Shown here: positions 1 through 10,098 of the stretch, piece by piece | Layout: each line of letters starts with the position of its first letter | Position numbering within the stretch: the stretch's first letter is position 1 | Assembly (NCBI GenBank): GCA_963801065.1 | Contig: CAWDDG010000009.1 | Coordinates: forward strand, 18,721 to 82,720 | DNA: 64,000 nt | Reading direction: 5' to 3' | Source: an uncultured Actinomycetota bacterium | GTDB lineage: Bacteria > Actinomycetota > Actinomycetes > Jiangellales > Jiangellaceae | Made by a program: the position numbers and the translations under genes | Notes under the pieces: model-generated | The model's database searches: none | What the model was told of the DNA's origin: nothing | What the model saw: only the letters and a program-made list of their open reading frames with translations

Positions 1-12
1 TGCCCGGCGGCG

Positions 13-1278
13 TCAACCGCGGACCTGACCGTCACCGGTCACGACATACGTCGTGGACGTCAGCTCGGCCAGGCCCATCGGACCGCGGGCGTGCAGCTTC
101 TGGGTGGAGATGCCGATCTCCGCGCCGAAGCCGAGCTGCTCGCCGTCGGTGAACCGGGTCGAGGCGTTGACCATCACGGCGGCCGAGTCGACCGTCGCGA
201 CGAAACGGCGCGCGCTCTGCAGCGACGTCGTCACGATGGCCTCCGTATGGCCGCTCCCCCAACGCCGGATATGCGCCACGGCGTCCTCGAGTGAGTCGAC
301 GACTGCGGCCGCGATGTCCAGCGAGAGGTACTCAGCCGTCCAGTCGTCGTCGGTGGCGGGGACGACGTCGTCGCCGTACGCGCGAACCCTCTCGTCGCCG
401 TGCACCGTCACACCGGCCTGCCGGAGCGCGCTCAGGGCACGAGGCAGGAACTCGTCGGCCACGGCAGCGTGGACGAGCAGGGTCTCTGCGGCGTTGCAGA
501 CGCTGGGCCGCTGGGTCTTGGCATTGAGCAGGATCGCCAGCGCCTTCGTCAGGTCCGCCTCGGCGTCGACGTAGACGGCGCAGTTGCCGACTCCGGTCTC
601 GATGACCGGGACGGTCGACTCCTCGACCACACTGCGGATGAGATTCGCGCCGCCGCGCGGGATGAGCACGTCCACCAGGCCGCGGGCGCGCATGAGGTGT
701 TTGGCGGACTCATGACCTTCCCCCGGCACCAGCTGGACCGCGTCGGCCGGCAGGCCCGCTCCCTCGAGTGCGCCGCGAAGCACGGCAACGATGGCCGAAT
801 TGGATTCGTGCGCGCTGGACGAGCCCCGCAGCAGGACGGCGTTGCCGCTCTTCAGGCACAGTCCGGCAGCGTCGGCGGTCACGTTGGGGCGGGCCTCGTA
901 GATGATGCCGATCACGCCGAGCGGGACGCGCCGCTGGCTGACCTCGAGCCCGTTCGGCAGGGTGTAGCCGCGGACGACCTCGCCCACCGGGTCGGCAAGC
1001 GCGGCGACCTGGCGCAGGCCGTCGGCCATGCCGCCGATCCGCTCCTCGTCGAGGCACAACCGGTCCACGATGGCCGCCGGCGTGCCGGCCTCGTGCGCGC
1101 GGGCGACGTCCATTGCGTTGGCGCCCAGGAGCGGCGCGGCCTGGACCACGAGTGCGTCGGCCATGGCGAGCAGGGCGGCGTCCTTTTCGGCTCGCGACCG
1201 CACGGCGAGGTCAGCCGCGGCCACGCGAGCCCGGCGTGCAGCATCGAGTACGGGCTCCGCGACGTTGGTCGCATCCAT
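13..1278 (-). CDS. proA: gamma-glutamyl phosphate reductase
   Basis: ORF 13..1473(-). From the internal ATG at 1278 ([17 protein letters not shown]...) it reads as full-length ProA, with ...[13 protein letters not shown]..., GNCAVYVD and [14 protein letters not shown]. The 65 codons upstream are R/G-rich and look non-coding. Confidence 0.93.
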   Translation of the reverse strand: MDATNVAEPVLDAARRARVAAADLAVRSRAEKDAALLAMADALVVQAAPLLGANAMDVARAHEAGTPAAIVDRLCLDEERIGGMADGLRQVAALADPVGEVVRGYTLPNGLEVSQRRVPLGVIGIIYEARPNVTADAAGLCLKSGNAVLLRGSSSAHESNSAIVAVLRGALEGAGLPADAVQLVPGEGHESAKHLMRARGLVDVLIPRGGANLIRSVVEESTVPVIETGVGNCAVYVDAEADLTKALAILLNAKTQRPSVCNAAETLLVHAAVADEFLPRALSALRQAGVTVHGDERVRAYGDDVVPATDDDWTAEYLSLDIAAAVVDSLEDAVAHIRRWGSGHTEAIVTTSLQSARRFVATVDSAAVMVNASTRFTDGEQLGFGAEIGISTQKLHARGPMGLAELTSTTYVVTGDGQVRG

Positions 1279-1304
1279 GCAGGCCAGCGTACGGCGGGAT
1301 GGGA

Positions 1305-1862
1305 CTACTCCGCGTCGGTCTTCGAGCCGGGCCGCTGACGCTCGGTCTGGACCCGGGCGATGTCGAAGGCCGACATCACGGTTGCGCTGATGCTGATGAA
1401 CCCCACCGCGAAGGACAGGAGAATCGCCCACGTGAGATCCTCCCGGGTCGGACGAAGCCCGCCGAGGGCCCATGGCGTGACGATGAGCACCAGGGCCAAC
1501 ACCGTGGTGACAACCTCCATCACCAGCATGCCGCTCGACCCGAGGACCTCCGCCACCCCTCGGATGCGAGCAGCGCTGTCGATGTTCGCTGCTATGAGCA
1601 GGAGGCTCAAGAGGGCGAAGAGTATCCGGGCGTAGACCGGCTCCAGGGCGACCAGGGCGAGCGAAAGGCCGAGGGGGATCGTGAAGACGATCAGGGTGAT
1701 CCTGGTACCGGCTCGGAGGTAGGACTCGAAGAGTTTGCGGGCGTGGTCCAGCCTGCGAAGACCCGTCTCGATGTAGAAGAACACCCCCACCAGGAACAGG
1801 CCGATCAGCGTCGAAGAGACCTCGGCCATGGTCAGGAGGAACGCGTCCGACACGTGCCGCAT
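1305..1862 (-). CDS. hypothetical integral membrane protein
   Basis: 185-aa ORF with several hydrophobic helices ([63 protein letters not shown]). I do not recognise a family. Confidence 0.55.
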   Translation of the reverse strand: MRHVSDAFLLTMAEVSSTLIGLFLVGVFFYIETGLRRLDHARKLFESYLRAGTRITLIVFTIPLGLSLALVALEPVYARILFALLSLLLIAANIDSAARIRGVAEVLGSSGMLVMEVVTTVLALVLIVTPWALGGLRPTREDLTWAILLSFAVGFISISATVMSAFDIARVQTERQRPGSKTDAE

Positions 1863-1910
1863 GGTTCCGGAGGCTACCGCCTGCCGACCGCGGTCACTCC
1901 CGCCGGAAGC

Positions 1911-2828
1911 TCAGGGCAACCGGGGCAGGAAGGCCTCGGCGATCGCAACAGAGATGTCCCGCCACTCAGGGTCACCGTCGACGGCGGCGTCGAGGGCGTC
2001 GAGGGCCTCGACGGCCTCGCGAACCACGACCCAGCCCGCCACCAGCGCCTGTTCCAGGCCCGCAGCCTCGGTGACGACATCGGCCCGCCACTGCAAGTGC
2101 CCCGCTATATCTCCCGACGAGATCGCTTCGTCCCAGCGGTTCCACAACAGCGGCGCGACCTCGTAGGCCGGGTCGCCGAGCAGAGGCTTGGGGTCGATCG
2201 CCAACCATGGTTCGCGGTCGCCAGCGAGGACGTTCTCGTAGTGCAGGTCGGTGTGCAGGAGTACCGGACGGGTGCCGTCCACCAGGTCGTCGAGCAATAC
2301 CGATGCGCGGTCGAGCACAGCCGCGGGAACGCCCGCCGGTTGCCGGCGACGGGCGGCCGCCAGCTCCACCGCCCAGTCGCGGGCCCGCTCATCCACGCCG
2401 ACGAAGGGGAGGTGGGTCTTCACGCCCAGCCGCCCGAGCAGGCCGCCCGTGCAGCGCAGCGCCTCCTCGAGAGGAACCGCGGACAGGTCGCGTGCGGCGT
2501 TCAGACGTTCGAGGAGGACGACGTATGAGTCGGGCGCGGCGTCGAGCAGGCGCACGGCGCCGTCGCCCGCCCACACGCCCAAGGCCAGGTGCTCATCTCG
2601 TGCTTCCGCATGCGGCCAGCTGAGCTTGAGCGCAGCCGGCACGTCGTCGGTCGTGCGTACCGGAAGCACCATGGCGCAGACGCCGTGCATGGGCCGGCCG
2701 TCCATGCGAAGGCGCCACCGGTCGAGGAACTCGGCGGTCATGTCCGGCAGCCGGTCCAGCCACGGGCCGGTCGACGGGTCCACACCGGCGAGTCCGGCCC
2801 GCAGCCCGGCCGGTATCTCGACAACCAC
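1911..2828 (-). CDS. aminoglycoside phosphotransferase family kinase (APH(6)/streptomycin-kinase-like)
   Basis: 305-aa ORF with the kinase core ...LLHTDLHYENVLAG...WLAIDPKPLLGDPAYEVAPLLWNRWDE..., typical of the APH(6)/hydroxyurea-kinase family. Its GTG start (2828) directly abuts the proB stop (2829-2831). Confidence 0.78.
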   Translation of the reverse strand: MVVEIPAGLRAGLAGVDPSTGPWLDRLPDMTAEFLDRWRLRMDGRPMHGVCAMVLPVRTTDDVPAALKLSWPHAEARDEHLALGVWAGDGAVRLLDAAPDSYVVLLERLNAARDLSAVPLEEALRCTGGLLGRLGVKTHLPFVGVDERARDWAVELAAARRRQPAGVPAAVLDRASVLLDDLVDGTRPVLLHTDLHYENVLAGDREPWLAIDPKPLLGDPAYEVAPLLWNRWDEAISSGDIAGHLQWRADVVTEAAGLEQALVAGWVVVREAVEALDALDAAVDGDPEWRDISVAIAEAFLPRLP

Positions 2829-3950
2829 TCAGCGCCGTCCCAGGACGACCAGGTCGTCACGGTGGACGACCTCGCGCTCGTACGCCGGCCCCAGCTCACG
2901 GGCCAGCTCGTGAGTCGACCGGCCCAGCAATACCGGCAGCTCGGCCGAGTCGTAGTTGACCAGGCCACGGGCCACAGCCCGGCCGGCTTCGTCGACCAGG
3001 TCCACAGGATCGCCGGCCGAGAAGGTCCCGTCGACCGCGGTGATACCGGCCGGGAGCAACGACAGTCTTCGGTCGACGACGGCCCGCACCGCTCCGGCGT
3101 CGAGGTGCAGGTGTCCGCGCCCGTCAGTGGCGTGCTCCAACCAGAGCAGCCGGGTCGACCGGCGGCGAGCTCGAGACCGGAACCACGTTCCGACCGGCTC
3201 GCCGGCCAGGACGCGACCGGCCTCCGGAGCCGACGCCAGCACGACCTCGATGCCAGATCCGGTGGCGATCCGCGCCGCTTCGACCTTGGTCTGCATGCCG
3301 CCACTGCCGAGGCCGGACCGGCCCGGGCGGCCGATCTGCAGGCCGTCGAGGTCGGTGAGGTCGCCGATCTCGGCGATCCGTCTCGAGCCCGGACGGCCGG
3401 GGTCTCCGTCGTAGAGGCCGTCGACGTCGGACAGCATGACCAGCACGTCGGCGTGGACGAGCTGCGCCACCAGGGCCGCGAGCCGGTCGTTGTCGCCGAA
3501 GCGGATCTCGTGGGTGGCGACGGTGTCGTTCTCGTTGACCACGGGGACGACGCCGAGCGCCAGGAGCTTGTGCAGCGTGCGGTACGCGTTGCGGTAGTGC
3601 GAACGCCGGGTCATGTCGTCGACGGTCAGCAGGACCTGGCCGACCCGCAGGCCGTGCCGGGCGAAGGCGTCGGCGTAACGCGCGACCAGGAGCCCTTGGC
3701 CGATGCTGGCGGCCGCCTGCTGGGTGGCGAGGTCGCGGGGCCGTCGAGCCAGCCCGAGAGGGGCGAGCCCGGCGGCGATAGCGCCCGAGGACACCAGGAC
3801 GACCTGCTTGCCCTCCCGCCTCGCCAAGGCGAGCACGTCGACCAGGGCGCGGAGCCGAGCGGCTTCGAGGCCGCCATCGGCACTCGTCAGCGACGACGAG
3901 CCGACCTTGACCACGACCCGGTGGGCTTCGGCCAGCGCCTCACGTGCCAC
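2829..3950 (-). CDS. proB: glutamate 5-kinase
   Basis: ORF 2829..4037(-). A GTG at 3950 (VAREALAEAHRVVVKVGSSSLT...) is preceded by GGAGGGAG. It has an amino-acid kinase core and a C-terminal PUA-like region. The longer ORF N-terminus is a translation of the repeat element. Confidence 0.92.
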   Translation of the reverse strand: MAREALAEAHRVVVKVGSSSLTSADGGLEAARLRALVDVLALARREGKQVVLVSSGAIAAGLAPLGLARRPRDLATQQAAASIGQGLLVARYADAFARHGLRVGQVLLTVDDMTRRSHYRNAYRTLHKLLALGVVPVVNENDTVATHEIRFGDNDRLAALVAQLVHADVLVMLSDVDGLYDGDPGRPGSRRIAEIGDLTDLDGLQIGRPGRSGLGSGGMQTKVEAARIATGSGIEVVLASAPEAGRVLAGEPVGTWFRSRARRRSTRLLWLEHATDGRGHLHLDAGAVRAVVDRRLSLLPAGITAVDGTFSAGDPVDLVDEAGRAVARGLVNYDSAELPVLLGRSTHELARELGPAYEREVVHRDDLVVLGRR

Positions 3951-3970
3951 TGTGTTTCTCCCTCCAGGCT

Positions 3971-4051
3971 CGGCCGTTACCAGGCGTGTCAGGCCGTTAC
4001 CGGGTTCCGAGACCTGGTAACGGCCCCACAGGCCCACTTAACGTGATCATT
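3971..4051. repeat. partial copy of the palindromic intergenic element (right arm and core, with a duplicated GGCCGTTACC unit)
   Basis: 4033-4051 CCCACTTAACGTGATCATT is identical to the right arm at 10015-10033. 3992-4032 matches 9974-10014 at 36 of 41 positions. GGCCGTTACCAGGCG occurs twice. There is no left arm. Confidence 0.75.
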
Positions 4052-5411
4052 CGCGACGTCCATCGAGGCGGGAGTCCGAGCCCCGCGGGCCGTACAGGAG
4101 CTCGGCTCCCGCCCGCACGGTCGGCTCCCAGTCGAAGACGACGGCATCGTCGCCGCCGACAACGACCTCTGCGCCGGGCGTGGCACCCGCCTCCAGGAGC
4201 GCTTCCTCGACGCCGAGCCGGGCGAGCCGGTCGGCCAAGTAGCCGACGGCTTCGTCGTTGGCGAAGTCGGTCTGATGCACCCAGCGTTCCGGCTTGGTGC
4301 CACGGACCCGAAACCGCTCGCCCTCCCGGGTGACGGTGAACCCGGCGTCGTCCACGGCAGCCGGACGGAGCACCAGCCGCGTGCGCTCGAGGGGCGGCGC
4401 CGCGGCCCGCGCCGCCGACACGACGCCGGCCATCGCGAAGGTCAGCTCGCGCAACCCTTCGTGGGTGGCGGCCGAGATGCCGACGATCCGCCACCCGCGT
4501 GCCTCCAGATCGGGTTTGACCATCTCGGCGAGGTCGCGTGCGTCCGGGACGTCGATCTTGTTGAGCGCCACCAGCCGCGGCCGGTCGGAAAGTCCGCCAT
4601 AGGACTCCAGCTCACGCTCGATGACGTCGATGTCGGTGACCGGGTCTCGACCGGGCTCCATGGTGGCGCAGTCGACCACGTGCACCAACGCGCTGCAGCG
4701 CTCGATGTGACGCAGGAACTCGTGACCGAGGCCCCTGCCCTCGCTCGCGCCCTCGATGAGGCCGGGGACGTCCGCGACCGTGAACCGCACCTCACCGGCC
4801 TCGACGACGCCGAGGTTGGGGACGAGCGTGGTGAACGGGTAGTCGGCGATCTTCGGACGGGCTGCGGAGATGGACGCGACCAGGCTGGACTTGCCGGCGC
4901 TCGGGAAGCCGACCAGGCCGACGTCGGCCACGCTCTTGAGCTCGAGCATCACGTCGAACGACTGCCCCGGCTCGCCGAGCAGCGCGAAGCCTGGCGCCCG
5001 CCGCCTGGTGCTCGCCAGCGCGGCATTGCCCAGGCCGCCACGACCGCCCGCGGCCACCACGAACCTGGTTCCTGCTCCGACCAGGTCGACGACGACCTCA
5101 CCGGCCGGCGTTGTGACCACCGTGCCGTCGGGAACGGGCAGCACGACGTCGGCGCCGTGCGCGCCGTCGCGGTTGTCGCCCTGCCCGGGGGTGCCGTTGC
5201 GGGCGCGCTGGTGCGGCGATCGGTGGTAGTCGAGCAGTGTGGTCGTGTTGGGGTCGACGACGAGGACGACGTCGCCGCCGTTGCCACCCTTGCCGCCGTC
5301 GGGCCCGCCGAGCGGCTTGAACTTCTCGCGGCGGATCGAGACGCAGCCGTGCCCGCCGTCGCCGGCGGCGACGTGGAGGACGACGCGGTCCACGAACGAC
5401 GGGATCGCCAT
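4047..5411 (-). CDS. obg: GTPase Obg/CgtA
   Basis: ORF 4047..5483(-). The ATG at 5411 ([23 protein letters not shown]...) is preceded by GGAGGAGG. It has an Obg fold N-domain, G motifs ([23 protein letters not shown]) and a C-terminal TGS-like domain. Confidence 0.95.
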   Translation of the reverse strand: MAIPSFVDRVVLHVAAGDGGHGCVSIRREKFKPLGGPDGGKGGNGGDVVLVVDPNTTTLLDYHRSPHQRARNGTPGQGDNRDGAHGADVVLPVPDGTVVTTPAGEVVVDLVGAGTRFVVAAGGRGGLGNAALASTRRRAPGFALLGEPGQSFDVMLELKSVADVGLVGFPSAGKSSLVASISAARPKIADYPFTTLVPNLGVVEAGEVRFTVADVPGLIEGASEGRGLGHEFLRHIERCSALVHVVDCATMEPGRDPVTDIDVIERELESYGGLSDRPRLVALNKIDVPDARDLAEMVKPDLEARGWRIVGISAATHEGLRELTFAMAGVVSAARAAAPPLERTRLVLRPAAVDDAGFTVTREGERFRVRGTKPERWVHQTDFANDEAVGYLADRLARLGVEEALLEAGATPGAEVVVGGDDAVVFDWEPTVRAGAELLYGPRGSDSRLDGRRE

Positions 5412-5521
5412 CACTGCACCTCCTCCGTCCTCATGGTCCTGCGCTCCGGCCTCGCGACCGGAGGGTTGTCCGCTACTCGGCATCGATGGAGACGTGGAAA
5501 TCTTCCAATAGGGAGAACGCC

Positions 5522-5554
5522 GAGGGCGGGCCGGTCAGTTGACCGCCCCGCCCT
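5522..5554 (-). terminator. strong hairpin between rpmA and obg (possible attenuator or terminator)
   Basis: AGGGCGGGCCGGTCA / TGACCGCCCCGCCCT forms a stem of about 13 bp with one mismatch. It lies 30 nt downstream of the rpmA stop and is followed on the minus strand by GUUCUCCCUAUUGGAAGAUUU. Confidence 0.3.
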
Positions 5555-5584
5555 TCGACTCTTTCGCTGTCGCCGAAGCGGGGG

Positions 5585-5842
5585 TCACTCCCCCGCCGGG
5601 ACGATGCTGACGACCTTGCGGCCGCGCTTGACGCCGAACTCGACGGCGCCCGCAGCGGTCGCGAACAGTGTGTCGTCGCCCCCACGGCCGACATTGTCGC
5701 CGGGGTGGATATGGGTGCCGCGCTGGCGCACGATGATCTCGCCGGCGTCGACGAGCTGCCCGCCGTAGCGCTTGACACCAAGCCGCTGGGAGTTGGAGTC
5801 GCGCCCGTTCCGCGTGGACGAGGCGCCCTTCTTGTGAGCCAT
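5585..5842 (-). CDS. rpmA: 50S ribosomal protein L27
   Basis: 85 aa, [29 protein letters not shown]...[20 protein letters not shown], a canonical L27. Confidence 0.97.
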   Translation of the reverse strand: MAHKKGASSTRNGRDSNSQRLGVKRYGGQLVDAGEIIVRQRGTHIHPGDNVGRGGDDTLFATAAGAVEFGVKRGRKVVSIVPAGE

Positions 5843-5851
5843 GGCCGCTTC

Positions 5852-6166
5852 CTACTTCTTGGTCTCGATGCCGGTGACCTTGACCTGCGTGTACTTCTGG
5901 CGATGGCCCAGGCGGCGGCGATATCCGGTCTTGTTCTTGAAACGCAGAATGTCGATCTTCGGGCCCTTGGTGGCGCCCAGGATCTCGGCGGTGACGGTCA
6001 CCTTGGCCAGCTTCTTGGCGTCCGTGGTCACCTTCTCGCCGTCGACGAGCAGGATGGTCGTGAGCGCAACGGTCTCGCCCACCTCACCGTCGCGACGGTC
6101 GAGGTCCACGACGTCGCCGACGGCGACCTTCTTCTGGCTGCCGCCGCTACGGACGATCGCGTACAC
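5852..6166 (-). CDS. rplU: 50S ribosomal protein L21
   Basis: ORF 5852..6286(-). A GTG at 6166 gives (M)[19 protein letters not shown]...[26 protein letters not shown], about 104 aa, a canonical L21. Confidence 0.94.
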   Translation of the reverse strand: MYAIVRSGGSQKKVAVGDVVDLDRRDGEVGETVALTTILLVDGEKVTTDAKKLAKVTVTAEILGATKGPKIDILRFKNKTGYRRRLGHRQKYTQVKVTGIETKK

Positions 6167-6296
6167 CGCGGGCTCACTCTCTCGTTCGGACTTCGGGCGC
6201 GCGCTGCCACCCTGGGCGGGCGCACGGATGAGCGGCGCGAGCAGCGCCGGCTCTCCAGGGTACGGATCCGGCCGTCGCGCGGTCAAACCGGGGAGG

Positions 6297-8906
6297 TCAC
6301 CGGCTCCGTGGCCGCGTCAGGCTCGCCGGCGGGTCGTTGGGCCCGCCGCCGTGACCGCCGTGGCGGCGGCGGCGCGTCGGCCGACGAGGCCATCGCAGGC
6401 TCGAGCGGCGCGACGTGCTCTTCGATCGCGGCCGGCGTCGCCGGCTCGGCGGTGGGGCGGTCGGCCTTGCGGCGCCGACCCCGGCGGCCTCCGCCGTTGC
6501 CCTCCGCACCGGAGTCGGGGGCCTTGGCCGCGGCTCGACCGGCTCGAGGTGGATCTGGACGCCACGGCCGTTGCAGCACTCGCACGGCTCGCTGAACGCC
6601 TCGAGCAGATCGGTGCCGATCCGCTTGCGGGTCATCTGCACCAGGCCCAGCGAGGTGACCTCGGCAACCTGGTGCTTCGTCCGGTCGCGACCCAGGCACT
6701 CGACGAGCCGCCGCAGCACCAGGTCGCGGTTCGACTCGAGCACCATGTCGATGAAGTCGATCACGATGATGCCGCCGATGTCCCGCAACCGGAGCTGCCG
6801 CACGATCTCCTCGGCGGCTTCGAGGTTGTTCTTCGTGACCGTCTCCTCGAGGTTGCCCCCGGACCCGGTGAACTTGCCGGTGTTGACGTCGACCACCGTC
6901 ATGGCCTCGGTGCGGTCGATGACCAACGAGCCGCCGCTCGGCAGCCAGACCTTGCGGTCCAGGGCCTTGGCGATCTGCTCGTCGATGCGGTGAGCCGCGA
7001 AGACGTCACCGGTCCCGGTCCAGCGCTCGAGCCGGTCCCGCAGGGACGACGCGACGTAGGACACGTAGGACTCGATGGTGTCCCACGCGTCGTCACCGGA
7101 GACGACGAGCTTGGAGAAGTCCTCGTTGAACAGGTCCCGGACCACCTTGATGGCCAGGTCCGGTTCGCCGTACAGCAGCGCGGGGGAGTTGCCGGAGGTC
7201 TTCTTCGCGATGTCCTCCCACTGCGCTCGAAGCCGCGATACGTCGTGAGTGAGCTCCTCCTCGGATGCGCCCTCGGCCGCCGTGCGGACGATGACACCCG
7301 AGTCCTCGGGGACGACCTGCTTGAGGATCTTCTTCAGCCGCGCGCGCTCGTTCTCCGGGAGCTTGCGGCTGATCCCGCTCATCGATCCGCCGGGCACGAA
7401 GACGACGTAGCGTCCGGGCAGGCTGACCTGTCCCGTCAGCCGCGCGCCCTTGTGCCCGATCGGGTCCTTGGTCACCTGGACCAGCACCGACTGCCCAGAC
7501 TTGAGAACGTCTTCGATCCGCCGCGGCCCGTCGGGCTTGCCCAGCCCCGCCCAGTCGACCTCGCCGGCGTAGAGGATGGCGTTGCGGCCGTGGCCGATGT
7601 CGACGAATGCGGCCTCCATGGCCGGCAGAACGTTCTGCACGCGCCCGAGGTAGACGTTGCCGACCGTCGACTGCTGGGAGGAACGGCTGACGTAGTGCTC
7701 GACGAGCACGCCGTCCTCGAGGACGCCGATCTGAGTGCGGTCGCCGGTCTGCCGGACCACCATCATCCGGTCGACGGCCTCCCGGCGGGCCAGGAACTCG
7801 GCCTCGCTGATGATCGGCGGGCGCCTTCGCCCGGCCTCCCGGCCCTCGCGACGTCGCTGCTTTTTCGCCTCGAGACGGGTCGAGCCCTTGACCGAGGCGA
7901 CCTCGTCATCTCGCTCGGCAGCCGGTCGCGGTTCGCGGACCCGGACCACGGTGTTCGGCGGATCGTCCGTGGATATCTCGTCGGTGTCGGTGTCGGCCTC
8001 GCCCTTGCGGCGACGACGACGGCGGCGGCGCCGGGTGGTGCCCGCCTCGCCGTCCTCCGCGTCCGACTCGGAACCGGTCTCCTCGATCTCGGCTTGTTCG
8101 ACGCCTTCCTCGGCGTCGGCCTCGGCGTCGTCGACGCCCGCCGCGGTGTCCGTTCCGACCTTCTTGCGCCGACCCCGGCCGCCTCGGCGGCGGCGCTTAC
8201 GGGGCGCGCCATCGTCCCCGGCGGCTTCGTCCTCGCTGCCGGCCGACAGGTCCTCGTCCGCCGCGGGTTCCTCGCGATCCGGCTCACCGGCCATGCGCGC
8301 CGAGCGGCGACGCGCCTCTGCTGCTGTGAACTCGGGAGCCTGGAACAGCAACGACACGGCGGGCGCGGACGCCACGCCCGGGGTCGTCTCTGCCGAGATC
8401 ACGGCCGTCTCGGCTGCCGTCACGGGCGGTTCGCCAGCTGCGGTCGCCGCCGCCTCGGCCGGCGCCGGGCCAGCGCCTGCCGCGGTTCGTTTGCCGGCTG
8501 TCTTGCGGGCGCGACCGGTCCGCTTGGCCGGGGCTGCCGTTGCGGCACCGCGGTCGGATCCGGCCGTCGCCGCCGAACCGTCTGAGGGGGTCGTCGCGTC
8601 GACGACCTGGTCGGTCGTGGTACCGGCCGGCGCCGCGTCGGGCGAGGCTGCCTTCGATCTCGTGGACTGGGCCTTCTTGGCTGCCGGGGCCTTCGCCGCG
8701 GTCTTGCGTGCGCGCCGTGCCCTCGATGGCGGCGCCGGCTCGCTCGCAGCCGCCGGTGCGGCCGGACCGTCGGTCTGGCCCACCGCGGCCGCTGAGGTAT
8801 CGACTGTTGTACCGCCGGCGGTCGGCTCGGCCGGCGGGCCTGCTGGCCTGCTGGCGCCGCGCCGTCTGCGGGGGTTTGCGGATGTGGTGGTGTTCTGGTC
8901 TTGCAT
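6297..8906 (-). CDS. rne: ribonuclease E/G family endoribonuclease (actinobacterial RNase E)
   Basis: ORF 6297..9053(-). The central S1 and catalytic core ([24 protein letters not shown]..., [38 protein letters not shown]) is flanked by long R/E/A/P-rich low-complexity arms. The start is placed at the ATG at 8906 (GGGAG lies 9 nt upstream). 9053 is an alternative, and the C-terminal reading frame is uncertain. Confidence 0.88.
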   Translation of the reverse strand: MQDQNTTTSANPRRRRGASRPAGPPAEPTAGGTTVDTSAAAVGQTDGPAAPAAASEPAPPSRARRARKTAAKAPAAKKAQSTRSKAASPDAAPAGTTTDQVVDATTPSDGSAATAGSDRGAATAAPAKRTGRARKTAGKRTAAGAGPAPAEAAATAAGEPPVTAAETAVISAETTPGVASAPAVSLLFQAPEFTAAEARRRSARMAGEPDREEPAADEDLSAGSEDEAAGDDGAPRKRRRRGGRGRRKKVGTDTAAGVDDAEADAEEGVEQAEIEETGSESDAEDGEAGTTRRRRRRRRRKGEADTDTDEISTDDPPNTVVRVREPRPAAERDDEVASVKGSTRLEAKKQRRREGREAGRRRPPIISEAEFLARREAVDRMMVVRQTGDRTQIGVLEDGVLVEHYVSRSSQQSTVGNVYLGRVQNVLPAMEAAFVDIGHGRNAILYAGEVDWAGLGKPDGPRRIEDVLKSGQSVLVQVTKDPIGHKGARLTGQVSLPGRYVVFVPGGSMSGISRKLPENERARLKKILKQVVPEDSGVIVRTAAEGASEEELTHDVSRLRAQWEDIAKKTSGNSPALLYGEPDLAIKVVRDLFNEDFSKLVVSGDDAWDTIESYVSYVASSLRDRLERWTGTGDVFAAHRIDEQIAKALDRKVWLPSGGSLVIDRTEAMTVVDVNTGKFTGSGGNLEETVTKNNLEAAEEIVRQLRLRDIGGIIVIDFIDMVLESNRDLVLRRLVECLGRDRTKHQVAEVTSLGLVQMTRKRIGTDLLEAFSEPCECCNGRGVQIHLEPVEPRPRPPTPVRRATAEAAGVGAARPTAPPPSRRRRPRSKSTSRRSSLRWPRRPTRRRRHGGHGGGPNDPPASLTRPRSR

Positions 8907-9088
8907 GCGGGTGCACTCCCGTCGGTCCTGACCGCGGGGCGCCGCGCCGCTGAGGGCGCGCTGCTCGCCGCGACCGGGACTTCTGTCGGCCGTCGATGTC
9001 CGAGGTCCGGACCCGACGGAGAAGCCTGTGGTCGGCGACGTCCACCGCACCATGCGTCAGCGGGCTTCGCAGGGTCCACCGCGCCGGC

Positions 9089-9844
9089 TCACCCAGGTCG
9101 GGCTGCCTCGCGGTCGGGTTCCAACGGATCACCCACCGTGCCGGACCTGTCATCGAGTGGCCCCTGCGCCAGCCTGGTCGCCAACGGCGGTCGGGGCGGC
9201 GCGAGATCGGCCACACGACGGAGCCCGGCGAGGACGTCGTCGGGTCGGACGGTCGGTGTTCCGTGCCGTACGACCACCTTCATTATCGCATACGGGGGGT
9301 CATTCCATTCCCCACCGGCCATGGCGAGCCGCACGACCGCGGCACGCGGGTCGAGCGTACGGACACCGTTCTTCGTGACGCGATCGACCTCGACCGTCGC
9401 GGACGCGAGGAAGAGGTCGATCGCCGCGGCGACGTCGTCGGGGCTGAGGCCGGGCAGGATGATCTCCCATTCGGATGCCTGCAGTCGGTCCGCCAGGGCA
9501 CCGCCGGCAGCTTCGACGACTTCGACCACGTCGAGCCCCGGCGGCAGAGCCGCGTCGAGCGCTCGGGTGAGCCAAGCCGGGTCACATGGGCGCGTGACCG
9601 AGATCTCGAGGTACTCCGCCTCGCTGGCAGCGCCGGTTGGTGCGGCACCGGCGTACGAGACCTTGGGGTGCGGCGTGAAGCCCTGGGAATAGGCGATCGG
9701 AACGCTCGCCCGTCGAAGCGCACGCTCGAAGGCGCGCTGGAAGTCGCGGTGGCTGGTGAACCGAAGCCGGCCGCGCCTGGCGAACCGGATCCGCAGCTTC
9801 TGCACGGCCGGTGGACCCGCGTGGGGAGGCGCGTCGGGACTCAT
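9089..9844 (-). CDS. TIGR03936-type radical SAM-linked protein (DUF2344)
   Basis: 251 aa. KLRIRFARRGRLRFTSHRDFQRAFERALRRASVPIAYSQGFTPHPKVSYAGAAPTGAASEAEYLEI is the hallmark N-terminus of this family. Confidence 0.85.
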   Translation of the reverse strand: MSPDAPPHAGPPAVQKLRIRFARRGRLRFTSHRDFQRAFERALRRASVPIAYSQGFTPHPKVSYAGAAPTGAASEAEYLEISVTRPCDPAWLTRALDAALPPGLDVVEVVEAAGGALADRLQASEWEIILPGLSPDDVAAAIDLFLASATVEVDRVTKNGVRTLDPRAAVVRLAMAGGEWNDPPYAIMKVVVRHGTPTVRPDDVLAGLRRVADLAPPRPPLATRLAQGPLDDRSGTVGDPLEPDREAARPG

Positions 9845-9943
9845 GGCACGCCACGGTAATAGTCCCCAGAGCCGTCAGCCCTTGATGGCTCCTCCGAGGC
9901 CGGCACCACGCAGAAAAGGCCGCCGGAACACGTCGGGCACGCT

Positions 9944-10037
9944 TCCAAATGATCACGTTAAGTGGGTCTCTTAGGCCGTTACCAGGCGCCGAGACCAGGT
10001 AACGGACCCACAGGCCCACTTAACGTGATCATTTGGA
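9944..10037. repeat. 94-bp palindromic element with perfect 23-bp terminal inverted repeats
   Basis: 9944-9966 TCCAAATGATCACGTTAAGTGGG is the exact reverse complement of 10015-10037. There is an inner hairpin, CCGTTACC (9976-9983) / GGTAACGG (9998-10005). The location is non-coding. Confidence 0.85.
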
Positions 10038-10098
10038 GCCGGCCCGGGTCGGGGTCGGCGGGGAACCGCACCCCGACCCGGGCCTGACCAGGAGGGCC

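Noticed and set aside
6297-6700. Alternative minus-strand frame (ORF 6283-6699) that reads more protein-like than the annotated rne C-terminal tail. It was considered as a frameshift in rne.
   Set aside because: My hand tally of third-position GC over 6301-6360 did not discriminate the frames (18/20, 16/20, 16/20). Both frames are low complexity. I note it as uncertainty, not as a finding.
7950-8300. Repetitive GC-rich stretch (runs of CGG/CGC/GCC) examined as a possible tandem repeat or CRISPR-like array
   Set aside because: It encodes the Arg/Glu/Asp-rich low-complexity N-terminal arm of RNase E. There is no repeat-spacer periodicity, and no CRISPR array anywhere in the window.
5841-8585. 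914-aa plus-strand ORF covering most of the rne locus
   Set aside because: It is antisense to a clearly recognisable RNase E core. Its translation is R/P/A/G-rich with no motif. This is the typical stop-free shadow frame of a high-GC gene.
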